A DNA stretch of 63,238 nucleotides, filler included, from Lenisia limosa (Eukaryota > Protista > Breviatea), in the NCBI GenBank assembly GCA_001655205.1. It is 11 parts of 11 records of this genome, joined end to end, with 100 filler letters (N's around TTAATTAATTAA, not from the genome) between each part and the next. Parts side by side here need not be neighbours in the genome. Positions count along the whole stretch, not along the records: positions 22,850 to 43,505 come from LPNZ01009857.1; 10 more parts are not named here. One strand, given 5' to 3'. Positions 23,638-35,696 of this stretch are shown one piece after another. The notes beneath the pieces are model-generated. The model did no database searches and was not told the origin of the DNA. It saw only the letters and a program-made list of their open reading frames with translations. The stretch's first letter is position 1. Every line of letters starts with the position of its first letter. The translations under genes and the position numbers were made by a program.

Positions 23638-26600
23638 ATGACAGAAGTTGACGAATGCGGTTTCGATGAGCTTTGGCTTTGCAACATTGATCATACATGG
23701 TGGGGCATTGCTTTGGAGATCTTCATGACGCTCTACTCGTTCCTTGGTAAGCCTGATCTTAACACTGGTATGACTTACTTTCTTCAGGATTGGCCATTGT
23801 TTGTGATGAGTATATGGTAGGTCCAACAGCTGTTGTTCTAGAACTTTCGTACTGTTAATCCTTCTCTCTTGACTCCATTTAAAATCCCCATTCCCATGGC
23901 TCACAGGTGTATTGTTATCTTGCTGGTGAATCTTTGTGTGTAATCTTGTGGTGAAGGTTAACTCCTTGATCAACTTTCGTCTTTGTGTTAGAAGTTGTGT
24001 GTTTGTAATAGTTACGCCGCTTGCCTGGGTGTACAATCTACATCACATTGGCTATTTCTTGTTATATCAGGCACAGCCTAATATATACTCTCAGGTTTTT
24101 AGTATGTGATAATTGGAAGCACTGATTGGGTGACTGAGGTTGTATGTGATAATAATGTAAAATTGTTGTGGGTATATTGGATCAGCTTTGGGCTCGAAGA
24201 TGGGTAGTCTTTTGCTTCTGGGTAGATAACTCATTTATTTCCCCCCCTATTATGCGTAATGTTTCTGAAAATACCTTGATATTTAGTCTTTTTTGTTTAC
24301 TACAGTATCATATGATATGTTATTTTTTCCTCACAGATTGTCCATCACCCCCCAGGTCCCCGCCCTGGAGACGCTTTGCCGCAAATGGGGTGTGCGTGAG
24401 GATGTTGCCGGCGCCTCACTCCTGGGCCTTGGTTCAGCCGCACCGTGGGGGGGGGGGNNNNNNNNNNNNNNNNNNNNNNNNNNNNNNNNNNNNNNNNNNN
24501 NNNNNNNNNNNNNNNNNNNNNNNNNNNNNNNNNNNNNNNNCGTTCACCCTGTAGTGAGATTGTCATCAACTTGATCACTACTATCAAAGTGAGGTGTTTG
24601 CTTTTTTTGTACTCGATAATATTCTTCGTTTTGACATTCCATCAACTTGATAGAAATAACAAGAAATCGTCACCTTCACGTAAATAATTTTACGTAACAT
24701 TTTAGTTTTACACTATCCAAGACATATTTTTGAGTTGATACTCCCACCCTCTATTTGACAAAACAAAATAAAACCTATTTCCAGGCTTGCAAGATATTGC
24801 CGAGCTTTAACACCCTTCAGGCCCAAGGCTCCGACCCCGAAGCGATTGACCTCGGCGTATCATCCATCATCGGTTCAGGCATGATCGCGTTCTGCCTCAT
24901 TCCGGGGTGCTGCGCACTGGTGGCCACGTGGGCGTTCAAGGGTGTTGTGTGTTTTATTTGTCTGCTTTATCATTGCAAACTTGAGCAAAAGGACAGAATT
25001 TTTCGGAGATTTTTTATTGTTGTTGCTTGGTATATCCAATCTTAGCTTACTTTATCTTAGTTCATGCGTCACCGTTGTAGTGACACACTGTACTTAAAGC
25101 GCCGACCTCTCGCTCGCGACATTTTGACATTTGCCCTTTCCCTTGGACTGTTGTGCTACTTCTTTGGGGATGGTATGGGGGGGGGGGTAGCTAAAAAAAG
25201 GTTATATTTGTGAGTGAGTTGTATGTGAATGTTTTTACTTGCCAACAGNNNNNNNNNNNNNNNNNNNNNNNNNNNNNNNNNNNNNNNNNNNNNNNNNNNN
25301 NNNNNNNNNNNNNNNNNNNNNNNNNNNNNNNNNNNNNNNNNNNNNNNNNNNNGCCTGTACGTCTTTTACCTTTTGATTCTCATTCTGTCGCCCATGATTC
25401 GACAGAACCATCGCGAGAAGAAGGCGGCTAAGAGAGGTGAAAAGCTTGACAAGAGGGTGGGATAGACTGGGAAAGGAAAATAATATCATTTCAACTTTGA
25501 AGGGGGATATTGTTGAAACCCCACTAATCGCATTTCCACTCAGAAATCATTTGTGATCCAAATCAACGAGGATGAGGACAGTGCAGACGTTGACCCCTTG
25601 CTGGACACCTCTCTCATTGACGATGAGGAGGAGGAGGAGGGCGGGTTTTTCACCTGGCTCGGGGCCCCTCTGGCTCTACTTTTCAAGTTGGCGCGCGGGG
25701 GGGGGGGNNNNNNNNNNNNNNNNNNNNNNNNNNNNNNNNNNNNNNNNNNNNNNNNNNNNNNNNNNNNNNNNNNNNNNNNNNNNNNNNNNNNNNNNNNNNN
25801 NNNNNNNNNNNNNNNNNNNNNNNNNNNNCTTTTAGATACACCGTGCCGGACTGTGCGGAGGGCAAGCCGATGGAGGGATGGTATCTCTTAGGCTTTGCTT
25901 TGTCAATGGTGTGGGTCGCTGTCTTCTCCTTCATCGTCTCTTCGACAATCATGAGATGGGTACGAGGGCTGGATGGCATCATGAGGTTTCATATTGGAGT
26001 ACTGTGAACATCGGACCTGCAACTCCCCTTCAGCTTAAAGAGTTGATTGTGTCCTGGAATCCCTCATACGTATGATATATATATCACAAGAAGTCATCAT
26101 CTCCAAGTCATCATCTCCCCCCAGGTCAAGCTGACCGAGCTTTCAATGGCCTTCTTCGGTCTGCTGCTTGTTGCGATGGGAGCGCAGATCCCTGATACTA
26201 TTCAGTCGCTGTCTGTGGCCAAGAAGGGCTACGGCTCTATGGCGGTAGCCAACGCTTTTGGAAGGTGATTTGGTATTGAATTTGGTGCTTTTGTATTATT
26301 CTATGGCAAAACCATAGAGGTGAAGAATGTTATTCCAAATGAACCCACTCATATCCGATATTGTTTATTTTCAACATCAGTGGTATGTAGAGATGAGAAA
26401 TAAAATAGGCGGTACATGGCCGTCAATGATAGTTATCACCCTTTCAGTCAAATTGTGAACATCAACGTGGGTCTCTCGTTCCCATGGTTGATCATGTCGC
26501 TACTTGGCAAGAACGTTGAAATCCAGGATCATGATGGTATGGGATGTTTATAGTTCTATGGAGTTTGGACAATAATATTGGTTTTATGAATGAGGCATAT

Positions 26601-26995
26601 TTTGGTTTTATCTGAACCATCCCCTTTTTTTATTTTATTGAAACTATTTCAACAGTTTTTCCAGCACTCATGCTTTCAGGTATCCAAGTTGCAGCGTTCT
26701 TCTTGGCCGGCGGCGTTCTCCTGGTAACTGTCCTTCTCTTAGGGCACACCCTGATGAGGGGGTTGAACAAGGTGAGGTGGCAACTGTTCAGAAATGCGTG
26801 TCCTCCATGTACTTGGGTTTTCATGTTGTACTTTCAATGTTGCTCTGTACCTTTATTCACCTTACAATGACAAGCCCCCCCTCTCTCATTCTTCAGATTC
26901 CGCTGTCTCGTTTCAAGGGCTTGACCCTTGTGTTTTGTTATTTCCTTATGGTTGCCGGTTACGGCTATTACATCTTCTTCCAGCGTAAAAACTGA
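23638..26995 (+). CDS. NCKX/SLC24-like Ca2+:cation exchanger (CaCA superfamily)
   Basis: IFMTLYSFLG|LAIVCDEYM|VPALETLCRKWGVREDVAGASLLGLGSAAP|EIV (alpha-1); GVSSIIGS; YTVPDC; GLLLVAMGAQIPDTIQSLSVAKKGYGSMAVANAFGSQIVNINVGLSFPW (alpha-2); stop at 26995. Confidence 0.9.
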
Positions 26996-27299
26996 AGAAG
27001 TATGCATTTCTTGTTTATTATCTGCGGCTTCGTTGATTTTTCTCTGAGGTACTCTTTTAAAGGAAAGCCTATTCCTTTTCATCATTCTTTATAAGGCATC
27101 ATGTGATGATAACATGCGGAAAGATTCTATCTAATATACATGTAAGAAATCAAACTAAACAAAAAACATAAGAAGGGGTTAGTCGTTATCGCTCATTTCC
27201 AATGAAACATCCCTGTCATCACCGGTGTCGTTCTGCAGGGCTGGCGGTCTCGGCAGTGTGGGTCGCACCAGCCCATCAGGTCGCGCCACCCTGCATGGT

Positions 27300-28817
27300 C
27301 AAATCCTTGCCTGTCCCGAAATGACTATTGCATGTATATTTAATTAAATATGTTGAGATTTGACAAGCCCAAGTAACCGCCTCGGGGGGCCTGAAACAGC
27401 CGGCGTGGGTCCTGACGGCGGCCGGGCGTTGGACATCGGCCGGATGGGCGTGAAGAGGGAATTGTCGCGGGCCGGCGCTACGCGGGGTGAATGGCGATTC
27501 GGACGATAATTGTATTACATACATCATCTGATATGATAATATCTCAATGGCATTACATACATCGTATGATAATATCTCAATGGCATTACCTACATCAATG
27601 ATATGATAATATCTCAATGGAAAAAATTAACACTCAGGTTGGGATTCGCGCTCAGGTAGGGTGCCTTACATAGCTATATTATATCCAAACTATAAGGGAG
27701 AGATACAAAAACCAAATTCGAATTTGTAAGATAAACGCGAGTTGATTCCGCAACACTGCCCTAATCTCAAGGACCGCAGATTTTGAAGATCCCTAGATCT
27801 CTGACAGATCTCCCACCAAAAATATGATTTTTTTTTTTTTTCACTCTCCAAAAGCGTCAAAAAAGTTGTTGTTGNNNNNNNNNNNNNNNNNNNNNNNNNN
27901 NNNNNNNNNNNNNNNNNNNNNNNNNNNNNNNNNNNNNNNNNNNNNNNNNNNNNNNNNNNNNNNNNNNNNNNNNNNNNNNNNNNNNNNNNNNNNNNNNNNN
28001 NNNNNNNNNNNNNNNNNNNNNNNNNNNNNNNNNNNNNACGTCGGCGATTTGGAGCAGCTGGGGCCTGACTCAATGTCGCGGCTGGGGTTTCTGTGGGGAA
28101 GGTAATAAACAGTGTTTGGGTTTGAAGGTACTAATCCAATACTGTAGCCCCCATTTGAAATAGTAACCAAACCGAGGGGTGTGGAGGGGAACATGCGGGT
28201 GTTGTGCGCGGCTGTGGGGTTGGCTGGCGTGGAGAGTGGCGGGGCTATTTGGACTGCTACTTGGACTGGGGAGGGGGGGAGTAAATTGGAANNNNNNNNN
28301 NNNNNNNNNNNNNNNNNNNNNNNNNNNNNNNNNNNNNNNNNNNNNNNNNNNNNNNNNNTGGTTGACAACACACCACAAAACAAACAAAGCCCAGGCCAGT
28401 CTCTTCTGCAGCAATGCATCCCATCACTCCAGCGTACTACCTTTGCTGGTGGCATTGTCATCAAACAAGCCTACAGACCTGGTGTGAAGCTATTGGGCAC
28501 AGTCTGGGCAGGACTGCTCCACTGCGAGTGTGCAGGCATTTCCGCAGGAGGATTGACGTGGATCTGGGGAGTTGGGTGAGCTTTCACCATAACTCATGCA
28601 TCTACATCCAAACAGCCTTAATATATCCTTAAAAACTATACATGTTCATAGTTAACACAAAAATACTCGGATTGATGAAATTCAAATTCCCTTCACAATG
28701 TCCCCCCCCCTCCCATACCTGGTGTCTCCTTTGAGCGGCGATGACTTCCGCAGTGCTGTCATCTTCCATGTCCTCGATGTCCGAAATCTCACTGTCAATC
28801 TCCAGAGAAACGTCCAT
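27300..28817 (-). CDS. Hypothetical low-complexity Pro/Ser-rich multi-exon protein
   Basis: Exons join in frame across the family D intron: GLFDDNATSK|VQVAVQIAPPLSTP..PSTPL|ETPAATLSQAPAAPNRR. Confidence 0.5.
27505..27620. repeat. ~33 bp tandem repeat x3
   Basis: TATGATAATATCTCAATGGCATTAC repeated. Confidence 0.85.
28266..28440 (-). mobile_element. Family D element making up an entire GT-AG intron
   Basis: AAAG|GTAGTACGCTGGAGTGATGGGATGCATTGCTGCAGAAGAGACTGGCCTGGGCTTTG..(gap)..TTCCAATTTACTCCCCCCCTCCCCAG|TCCAAG; the flanking exons join in frame. Confidence 0.8.
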
Positions 28818-29305
28818 CTGATTTGTCAGGTGAAGGCAAATAAAAACATATTATCGGTGATAAGGAAATGTTACGGTTCTCTTCGGTATAAGACAGGTGT
28901 TGAAATATCGATTTGTGTTGAGCTATCCAGTATCCGGCTTCGGGGCTTATGAAAGCCCTTGATGGAGGGATGATGTCGACTTTTGAGTGCCTAACTCTCA
29001 TCATCGTATGTGAATGTTCACAGAAAAATGCGAGGTACATTTGCATCCCCTATCAACAGAAGAATTATTTGAGTATCAAGGACAAATTCAGTCAATTTGC
29101 TACTGCCATCATACAGTTTCGGATTTTTGGCTGGGGGAGGCTGCAAATTCTTCTTGTTCGCGGCTGATTTGTTTCAACATCTGGACTATGAATGCTGTTG
29201 GAAGAGCGTTTTCACCCTCTCTCTCTTCCCATCCTTGATATAGCGTACATATCATATACACTATCATCTCTCCCTATTCTTGATATGGTATAGATCACCC
29301 CCCAC

Positions 29306-32300
29306 AGCATGAGCATCATTCCCCGCGGTAGGGAAATCCGAGATGATACGCCTGACTATGATGCTTCCCTCCTCAAAGCGCTTGTTGTTGACGTGGTTCT
29401 TAGCAAGGAAGCTGAGGGCTTGAAGCAGCTGCTCGTCGGGTGCCTGGGGGGGGGGGGGGGNNNNNNNNNNNNNNNNNNNNNNNNNNNNNNNNNNNNNNNN
29501 NNNNNNNNNNNNNNNNNNNNNNNNNNNNNNNNNNNNNNNNNNNNNNNNNNNNTTCTTTTTGGTTGGATAAGGAGGATTGAGAAAGAGCTTAATGATGGGT
29601 TGGATAGGAGAAAGAGTTAGCTTTTTTCAGCCTTCTCAGACTTGTTTTTACATAGTGTGTAATGATAAATACAAAGGATCAGTCAGCAAAACACAAAACG
29701 CCGCCTACTCTGCACTCGAAATCCGCGAGGTCAATGTGACGCTGGTAGAGCTCGGCCGCATGGTTGGGGTCGTGGCTTTCAAGAAGCTGAGCCAGACGTG
29801 GAACAGCCACTGCAGCCTCGTCCTGGCACCATTATTCAAGGGTAACAGGGGTGGTGGTAGTAAGGGAAACTGATGTGCGGAAAAGCTGAAGAAAAGGAGT
29901 GTTGTGTGTAGAGATGAGAAATAAAACGAGGTGCTAATAAGAGATATTGGAGTATTATAAGAATATTAACAGCAGGACAGACCACTGAGAGTATTCACTA
30001 AAATATTCACACAAAGTCATGCAATTCAGAGAGAAGCAAACGATATGACTTTTAAGGTACCTTGAAATGCCAATGATCGGAAAACAGATGTAAGTTGCCA
30101 ACCTTGTCCTTGCTGGTGATGGCCCTGTTGTAGCTAATGATAGCCTTGGACTTCTCCCCCATGGCCTCGTAGGCGTTGCCCACTGCCACCCACATACGAG
30201 CATCCTCGTTCCTGGGGGTGATTCACATTTCACATTACTCTACAGGTCCCCGGGGTGAATTATGTTACCCGGAAATTGACTGGAAATGGTTTCGATTCGT
30301 GGTTATGATAGGCAGTGATCACGGAAGTAATCAATACCAACCTTAGAGTGGCCGCCTTGAGGTAGTAGTGTAAAGAGTACTCGGGTCTTCGGAGGATCTC
30401 ATACGCCTGGCCGAGTGCATACCTTAACAAATGAGTGTCACGTCAACCCTCTTCTTATTTACCCCACCAGGCACCAGGCACTAGAATGACCCCCCCCCCC
30501 GCACCAGGCACGGTAGTCGTGAGGGAACATGTGGACTGCTCTTCGGTAGGCTGCTATGGCACCCTGGGTGTTTTTCAGCTCGATCAGCTCATGTCCTGGA
30601 GAGTCAGGGGGAGGGGGGCATGGTGCCATGATCATGTGCCTATTGTAGAAATCAAAAGAAACTAAATATAATAACAGCACAAATTTCAAAAGAAAAACTT
30701 ACCCATGAGAGTCCATGCAGATGAGTATGAAGGGTCCAATGTGAGGGCCCTGAGGGGATAAGAAAAACTGACATCCAATGCTAAAAGATACTACACCACT
30801 GATATCTGATGCTAACAGATACTACAACACTGATATCTAATGCTAACAGATACTACAACACTGATATCCAATGCTAACAGATACTACAAATACATATCAC
30901 AAACGAAGGTCCCCAATATGGTGGTGTTAGTTACACCTTAATAACATCTTAAACAATGTGTCACCCTCTTATCCCACCTATGGAAGGCCTTAACCGATTC
31001 AATGTAGTTCTGTTTAAGGGAGTACAAGTTTCCTTAAAAGTGAGTGAGAAGACGTGAAGCCAAACAGCTGAAATTAACCATCAATTTTTACATTATGGCA
31101 AAGCTACACGCCAAGACCTACCAAGAATACAACACGTCTGTGACCTACCAAGAATACAACACGTCTGGGGGCGATGAGGGTCAATGGAGGCTGCCGTATT
31201 GGCCAATTCCGCAAGGGCATCCTACAGTGGTGTTAATATGCCTCCTAAAAACATATTTTGTTAATAAGGAAGACAATCCTAACTCCCTAAGTGCTATTCC
31301 CCTTCCCACCAGGTCTTCGTTGACGTACAGTGTGTTACTGTATATGTCAAGGTCTTCCAACCGGAGGGGTGCGGCTTGACGTAAACGTTGGAAGAGACTG
31401 TTCGCCTCAGCAAATCCTAGGTGGTGAGGAAGTTATCACAATTTCGAGACAGAATAACCCCAGGTCAGCCTTAAATATTACTTATAAGGAAAACATCAAA
31501 ATAGTGAAACTGAACCCTCAAACGTCTTTTGTTGTATTGTGCAGTAGCTAGTTTGGCCATCACCATTGGGGACTTTGGGAAGAGCTAAAAAGTAAATACA
31601 TTCACTCTATTTGCTAACTTAAAAATCAAGATTGTAGAAACACTTAAAAATCAAGAGATGTAGAAACACTTAAAAATCAAGAGATGTAGAAACACTTGAA
31701 AATCAAGAGATGTAGAAACATCAGAAAGAGCAAAAAAACAGTAATTACTTGACAGAGTATGATGGATACAATCAGAATCATACGTCGGAAATGGCTTTCC
31801 AGTGGTCATAAGCGCTGTGGTTCCTTTGCAAAACTGAGTGTGAGTCTCTGAGAAGAGAGGAAAAACTAAAAGAAAGTTCACTTCAACAGACCCCGCAGCC
31901 TACTTAAATGCCGCTCAGCTAAGAAAAATGACGACACCCAATGGTTTGATGGAGGTTGCTGAATTGATCACAAACAAAGGTGGAATAATCGACAAAGATG
32001 TCCATTTGATGCTTGTAGAAAAGGGGTTTCTCAGTTAGTAAAATATTGATAATACTTATAGTTATTATGTATTGGATCAGAAAAGATCTATAGCTTTGAA
32101 TTGGAGAGAAATCTGATATAAATGAAGCAGAAACAGAATAAGAGGAGGTGTCATGGGTCTTGAGATAACCAAAGGCCACACACCGCATCCGAGCCAAGGT
32201 TTGCCAATTCAGACCACGCCGCCCAAAGTAGCGGTTCCTCCTGGCATGCTGCTGTCAGGACCTAGGGGGGGGGGGGNNNNNNNNNNNNNNNNNNNNNNNN

Positions 32301-33700
32301 NNNNNNNNNNNNNNNNNNNNNNNNNNNNNNNNNNNNNNNNNNNNNNNNNNNNNNNNNNNNNNNNNNNNNGGGAATTGGTATTGGGGTAGCACTTTGACAG
32401 ATTTGTAATTGGGATTTGAAATATTGTTCGTTATTATGGTGTTCTTTTCGGACCAAGGTAAAACCCTGTTAATGAGCAACTGATCTTTAGACTGTGAGGG
32501 GGGTAGATAACTGAAGCTGCAATATCCAAACCAACTCCATAACAATAACACATGAGATGCAAAGATTATTATCAATACCTCTTTCGCTTCGGGAAGCAGC
32601 TCCATTTTAGAGAGAACAACACCATACCTACATTGGTGACTTTTTGTTAACAGGTAACAATGAGCATCCCCTCCTCCCATATTCACACCCATCGTTCAGA
32701 ATCCCTGCCCACAGCCAGAGTCCAAAACCGTCAAGCAGTTCATCCTCATAAGCCTGTTCCAGCGACTCTCTGAGGAAAGCCAGCTCGGGATTTGGTGGCG
32801 GCAGCGAGTCCACGTATTCTGCGGCGTAAAGTGCGAACGAAACAAAACCTCCAAAAAGAAGCTCCTGAGGATATTGTGGTTTGAAAAACAAAATAAATTT
32901 GATTCAGTGTAATTACTAAATTACGTGTAAAACCCAAGGGAAAAGGAGTGATGATATCTAATCGGAAGTTGCCAAGATTCTATGCAGTATACGAAGGTTG
33001 ACAGGGGTCAAACTGTCCAACATCAAATCGAGTCTCATAAAAAGTATCCCTGTATACCGCTGTTGGCCTCCACGAGTCCTCGGGCAACTTCAGCTTCGCC
33101 AGCCTGGCGGTTAGAGGTGGGTGTTTCATTCGTTTATCACGTATTGTAGTATGGGACTCTTTCAGTGACGAAAGGAAGCACTCCGACAATTATGCTAAAT
33201 CAAAATAACCCAGTAAATTAGAGCATTACACTTACTGCAGTCATTTATAAGATTATTCACAGAAGCAAAGAATAGACAACAGCATTCCCACCAGATAGAT
33301 CGCGTAGCACCTCAAGAACGTAGCCGCCGGACAAGCCACATTGTTTAATACCGAGGCAGCACGACGGTACTCTCGAGAAGTCAGCAACGTTGACGCAAAG
33401 ACAAGATGTGCTGAGAAGCGAGCATCTTTCCCAACAAAGGCGGGAGGCTGGGTAAATGAGGAAAGTCTGCTTAGTTGTTTCAAACCAATGGATCATTATT
33501 TTCAGATACTGGAAGCGAAGTTAAAAGGTCGCAGGCCCTAAAGGTGTAAATAGCTGCTCAGAAATCTTTCACAGAAATACCATTTTGTTGATTCGACAAT
33601 TCCCCTTGCTTGGAGCCTAAATAGCGCTTTCTCAATATCATTTCGTATAGTAACGATACTAGTTAGGCTTATCTGGAGAGATCCTGACTCTACGTCCATT
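29306..33700 (-). CDS. CDC23: Anaphase-promoting complex subunit 8 / CDC23 (TPR protein, many introns; both ends approximate)
   Basis: LFRLQARGIVESTKW|ACDLL; LDGFGLWLW; LRLEDLDIYSNTLYV; DPHRPQTCCILG|NLYSL; ALTLDPSYSSAWTLMG|HELIELKNTQGAIAAYRRAVHMFPHDYRAW|YALGQAYE; DARMWVAVGNAYE. Confidence 0.92.
30775..30890. repeat. 31 bp intronic tandem repeat x~4
   Basis: AGATACTACAACACTGATATCTAATGCTAAC units. Confidence 0.9.
31617..31720. repeat. 26 bp intronic tandem repeat x4
   Basis: CTTAAAAATCAAGAGATGTAGAAACA units. Confidence 0.9.
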
Positions 33701-33947
33701 TTGGCATTACCTGACCATAATCTCCTTCAACAATTGAAGCAATAGCAAGCAGTCTGATCGCACGTTTGATTATATGGGTGATTTTTGCTGAGTGCTCTCA
33801 GAAAATGGTTTTTAACTTGGACCAGTGTTGATTTCAATAATCAAATTTCATGTTTTACCCTTTTTCAGAAGTTAAACTGCAATTTAGTGTTTATCTCGAC
33901 ATATAATAAAGATAATCATCCGATAGATATGATAAAGATGTAAACAT

Positions 33948-35590
33948 TTGGCTGACCCTGTATTTTCCGAAGTCCTTGACCGCTATTCTGGCGCCATGGT
34001 CTCTAAAGAGCTTTCTATGATGTTCAGAGACATTCAGACGGCCTTAGGACCAGATGTACCACCACCTGCACAGCCACAGCAGCGATCACATATCCTGTTT
34101 GAGGACCAACAAGGAACTCAACATGAAGGGCAGCAGTTATCACAGAACTCCTTGCAGCCTGCTTTGTGGGCGGATAAGATGCTTTTTTGGGATGTTTCAT
34201 ATCAGCTTGCAGCTTGCGAGAGGGGGGGGGTCATATTATTGTGATAGTTTATTCCCTTTTCAGAATCTACGGGGTTTTGTCGTAATTCGGGTTCCGTGGG
34301 ACGGTATATACACAATATGCAATATTTTTATCTGTATATCTCATACCTCAAAGCTCACGCAACAGTTCAACGCAGACGGTGACGTCAGCGGGCTTTGGCA
34401 CGTCGATATCGTCCTTATCCGCCAGCATGGACCCGGAGCTTCCGTTGGCGCCACGTGGGCCAACGTGGTCGCTTCGTCCGAGCCCCCTCAACAAGATGAA
34501 GCCGACCCGAACGTTGTGAGTGGGGCTCTTGGCGTCAAATTGAGTGTCCAAAAAACGTCCGAAAATGTCGTTTTTTTTGGATTGTCCCCTGTTTTTGAGC
34601 CGAAGCTCAACCTGTAACCTGACCCCCAGGTTTCACCTTGTTGACGGCATGATGTCGTATAAGGCACCAAAACTAGCGTGGGTAAGGGAAAAGCAAATCA
34701 CACTTTATATTATGACTTTTGATCAAACGCGTATTTTTAGTATTTTACCATATAGTCCTGGCAGTCATGAAGTTTGGGAATCTCTACGGGTCCCCATACC
34801 CGAGCCAGTGCAGCCCTCTTACCAGCCAGTCGAGCAGGCACCCATGTGAGAAAGGGGGCATTACTGAGGACGTTGAATCCATCCTTGACCGCAATAACGC
34901 GATAGGCAGGAACCGTCAGAAGTCCAGGCCACAGTGCCGCCCTTGGCAGTCAACAGAATCATTGCGCGTTCGTCTGACGTACTCTGGTGGCAAGGGGTAT
35001 AGCAGCAAAACATATTCATTCTGGGTAGAGGGAATCAAGCAATAATGCTGATATGAGGGTCACCCGTTACTATTCAACGAGACGCATTTCTAAACCTGAT
35101 GACGCTATTAGGCGTGTTGCGCGTCATGTGTCGGCAGTGCAATCGGGCGCACATCTTCCGCCCCCCATTCCGGGCGTTATTCCTCCAAGCATACCAATGC
35201 CAGTCAGACGGGAGGACTCTGATAGCGGCTCTATATTCGGTGAATCCGTGCCGGTGTATAGTCGAGTGGTTAGCGGGGGCAGCTAGGTTCACAGATTGGC
35301 CATTTTGTTTGATTGCATCATATCCATAAAGTACTAGTAACTTGCTTCAAGTCAGCACAAAAATTACAAGCTGTCAGCCAANNNNNNNNNNNNNNNNNNN
35401 NNNNNNNNNNNNNNNNNNNNNNNNNNNNNNNNNNNNNNNNNNNNNNNNNNNNNNNNNNNNNNNNNNNNNNNNNNNNTCGCCCCGGGTGACACGACGACGG
35501 TCACACAGCCAAATGGATGTTCCACCAGACTCCTATCCCGTGTCAATGTTGAAGGTCCGTGCAAATGAGGATTTAACGATATAGTATCCA
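33948..35590 (+). CDS. Hypothetical multi-exon protein, divergent from CDC23
   Basis: Open, coding-like segments (..SEVLDRYSGAMVSKELSMMFRDIQTALG.., STQTVTSAGFGTSIS.., RRISKPDDAIRRVARH..); no family recognised. Confidence 0.45.
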
Positions 35591-35696
35591 TATATCGATA
35601 TGATATGAACTGTTACTATTTTCATGTAGTACATGTACATGTGATATGATCATATGTAGCTATATATGTAGTACATGATATCATATGTTTGTAGTA

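Noticed and set aside
24446-24457. Poly-G next to gaps as purely a sequencing artefact
   Set aside because: Run lengths at gap edges are unreliable, but many runs are fully flanked by called bases and follow gene polarity on both strands, so the runs themselves are real.
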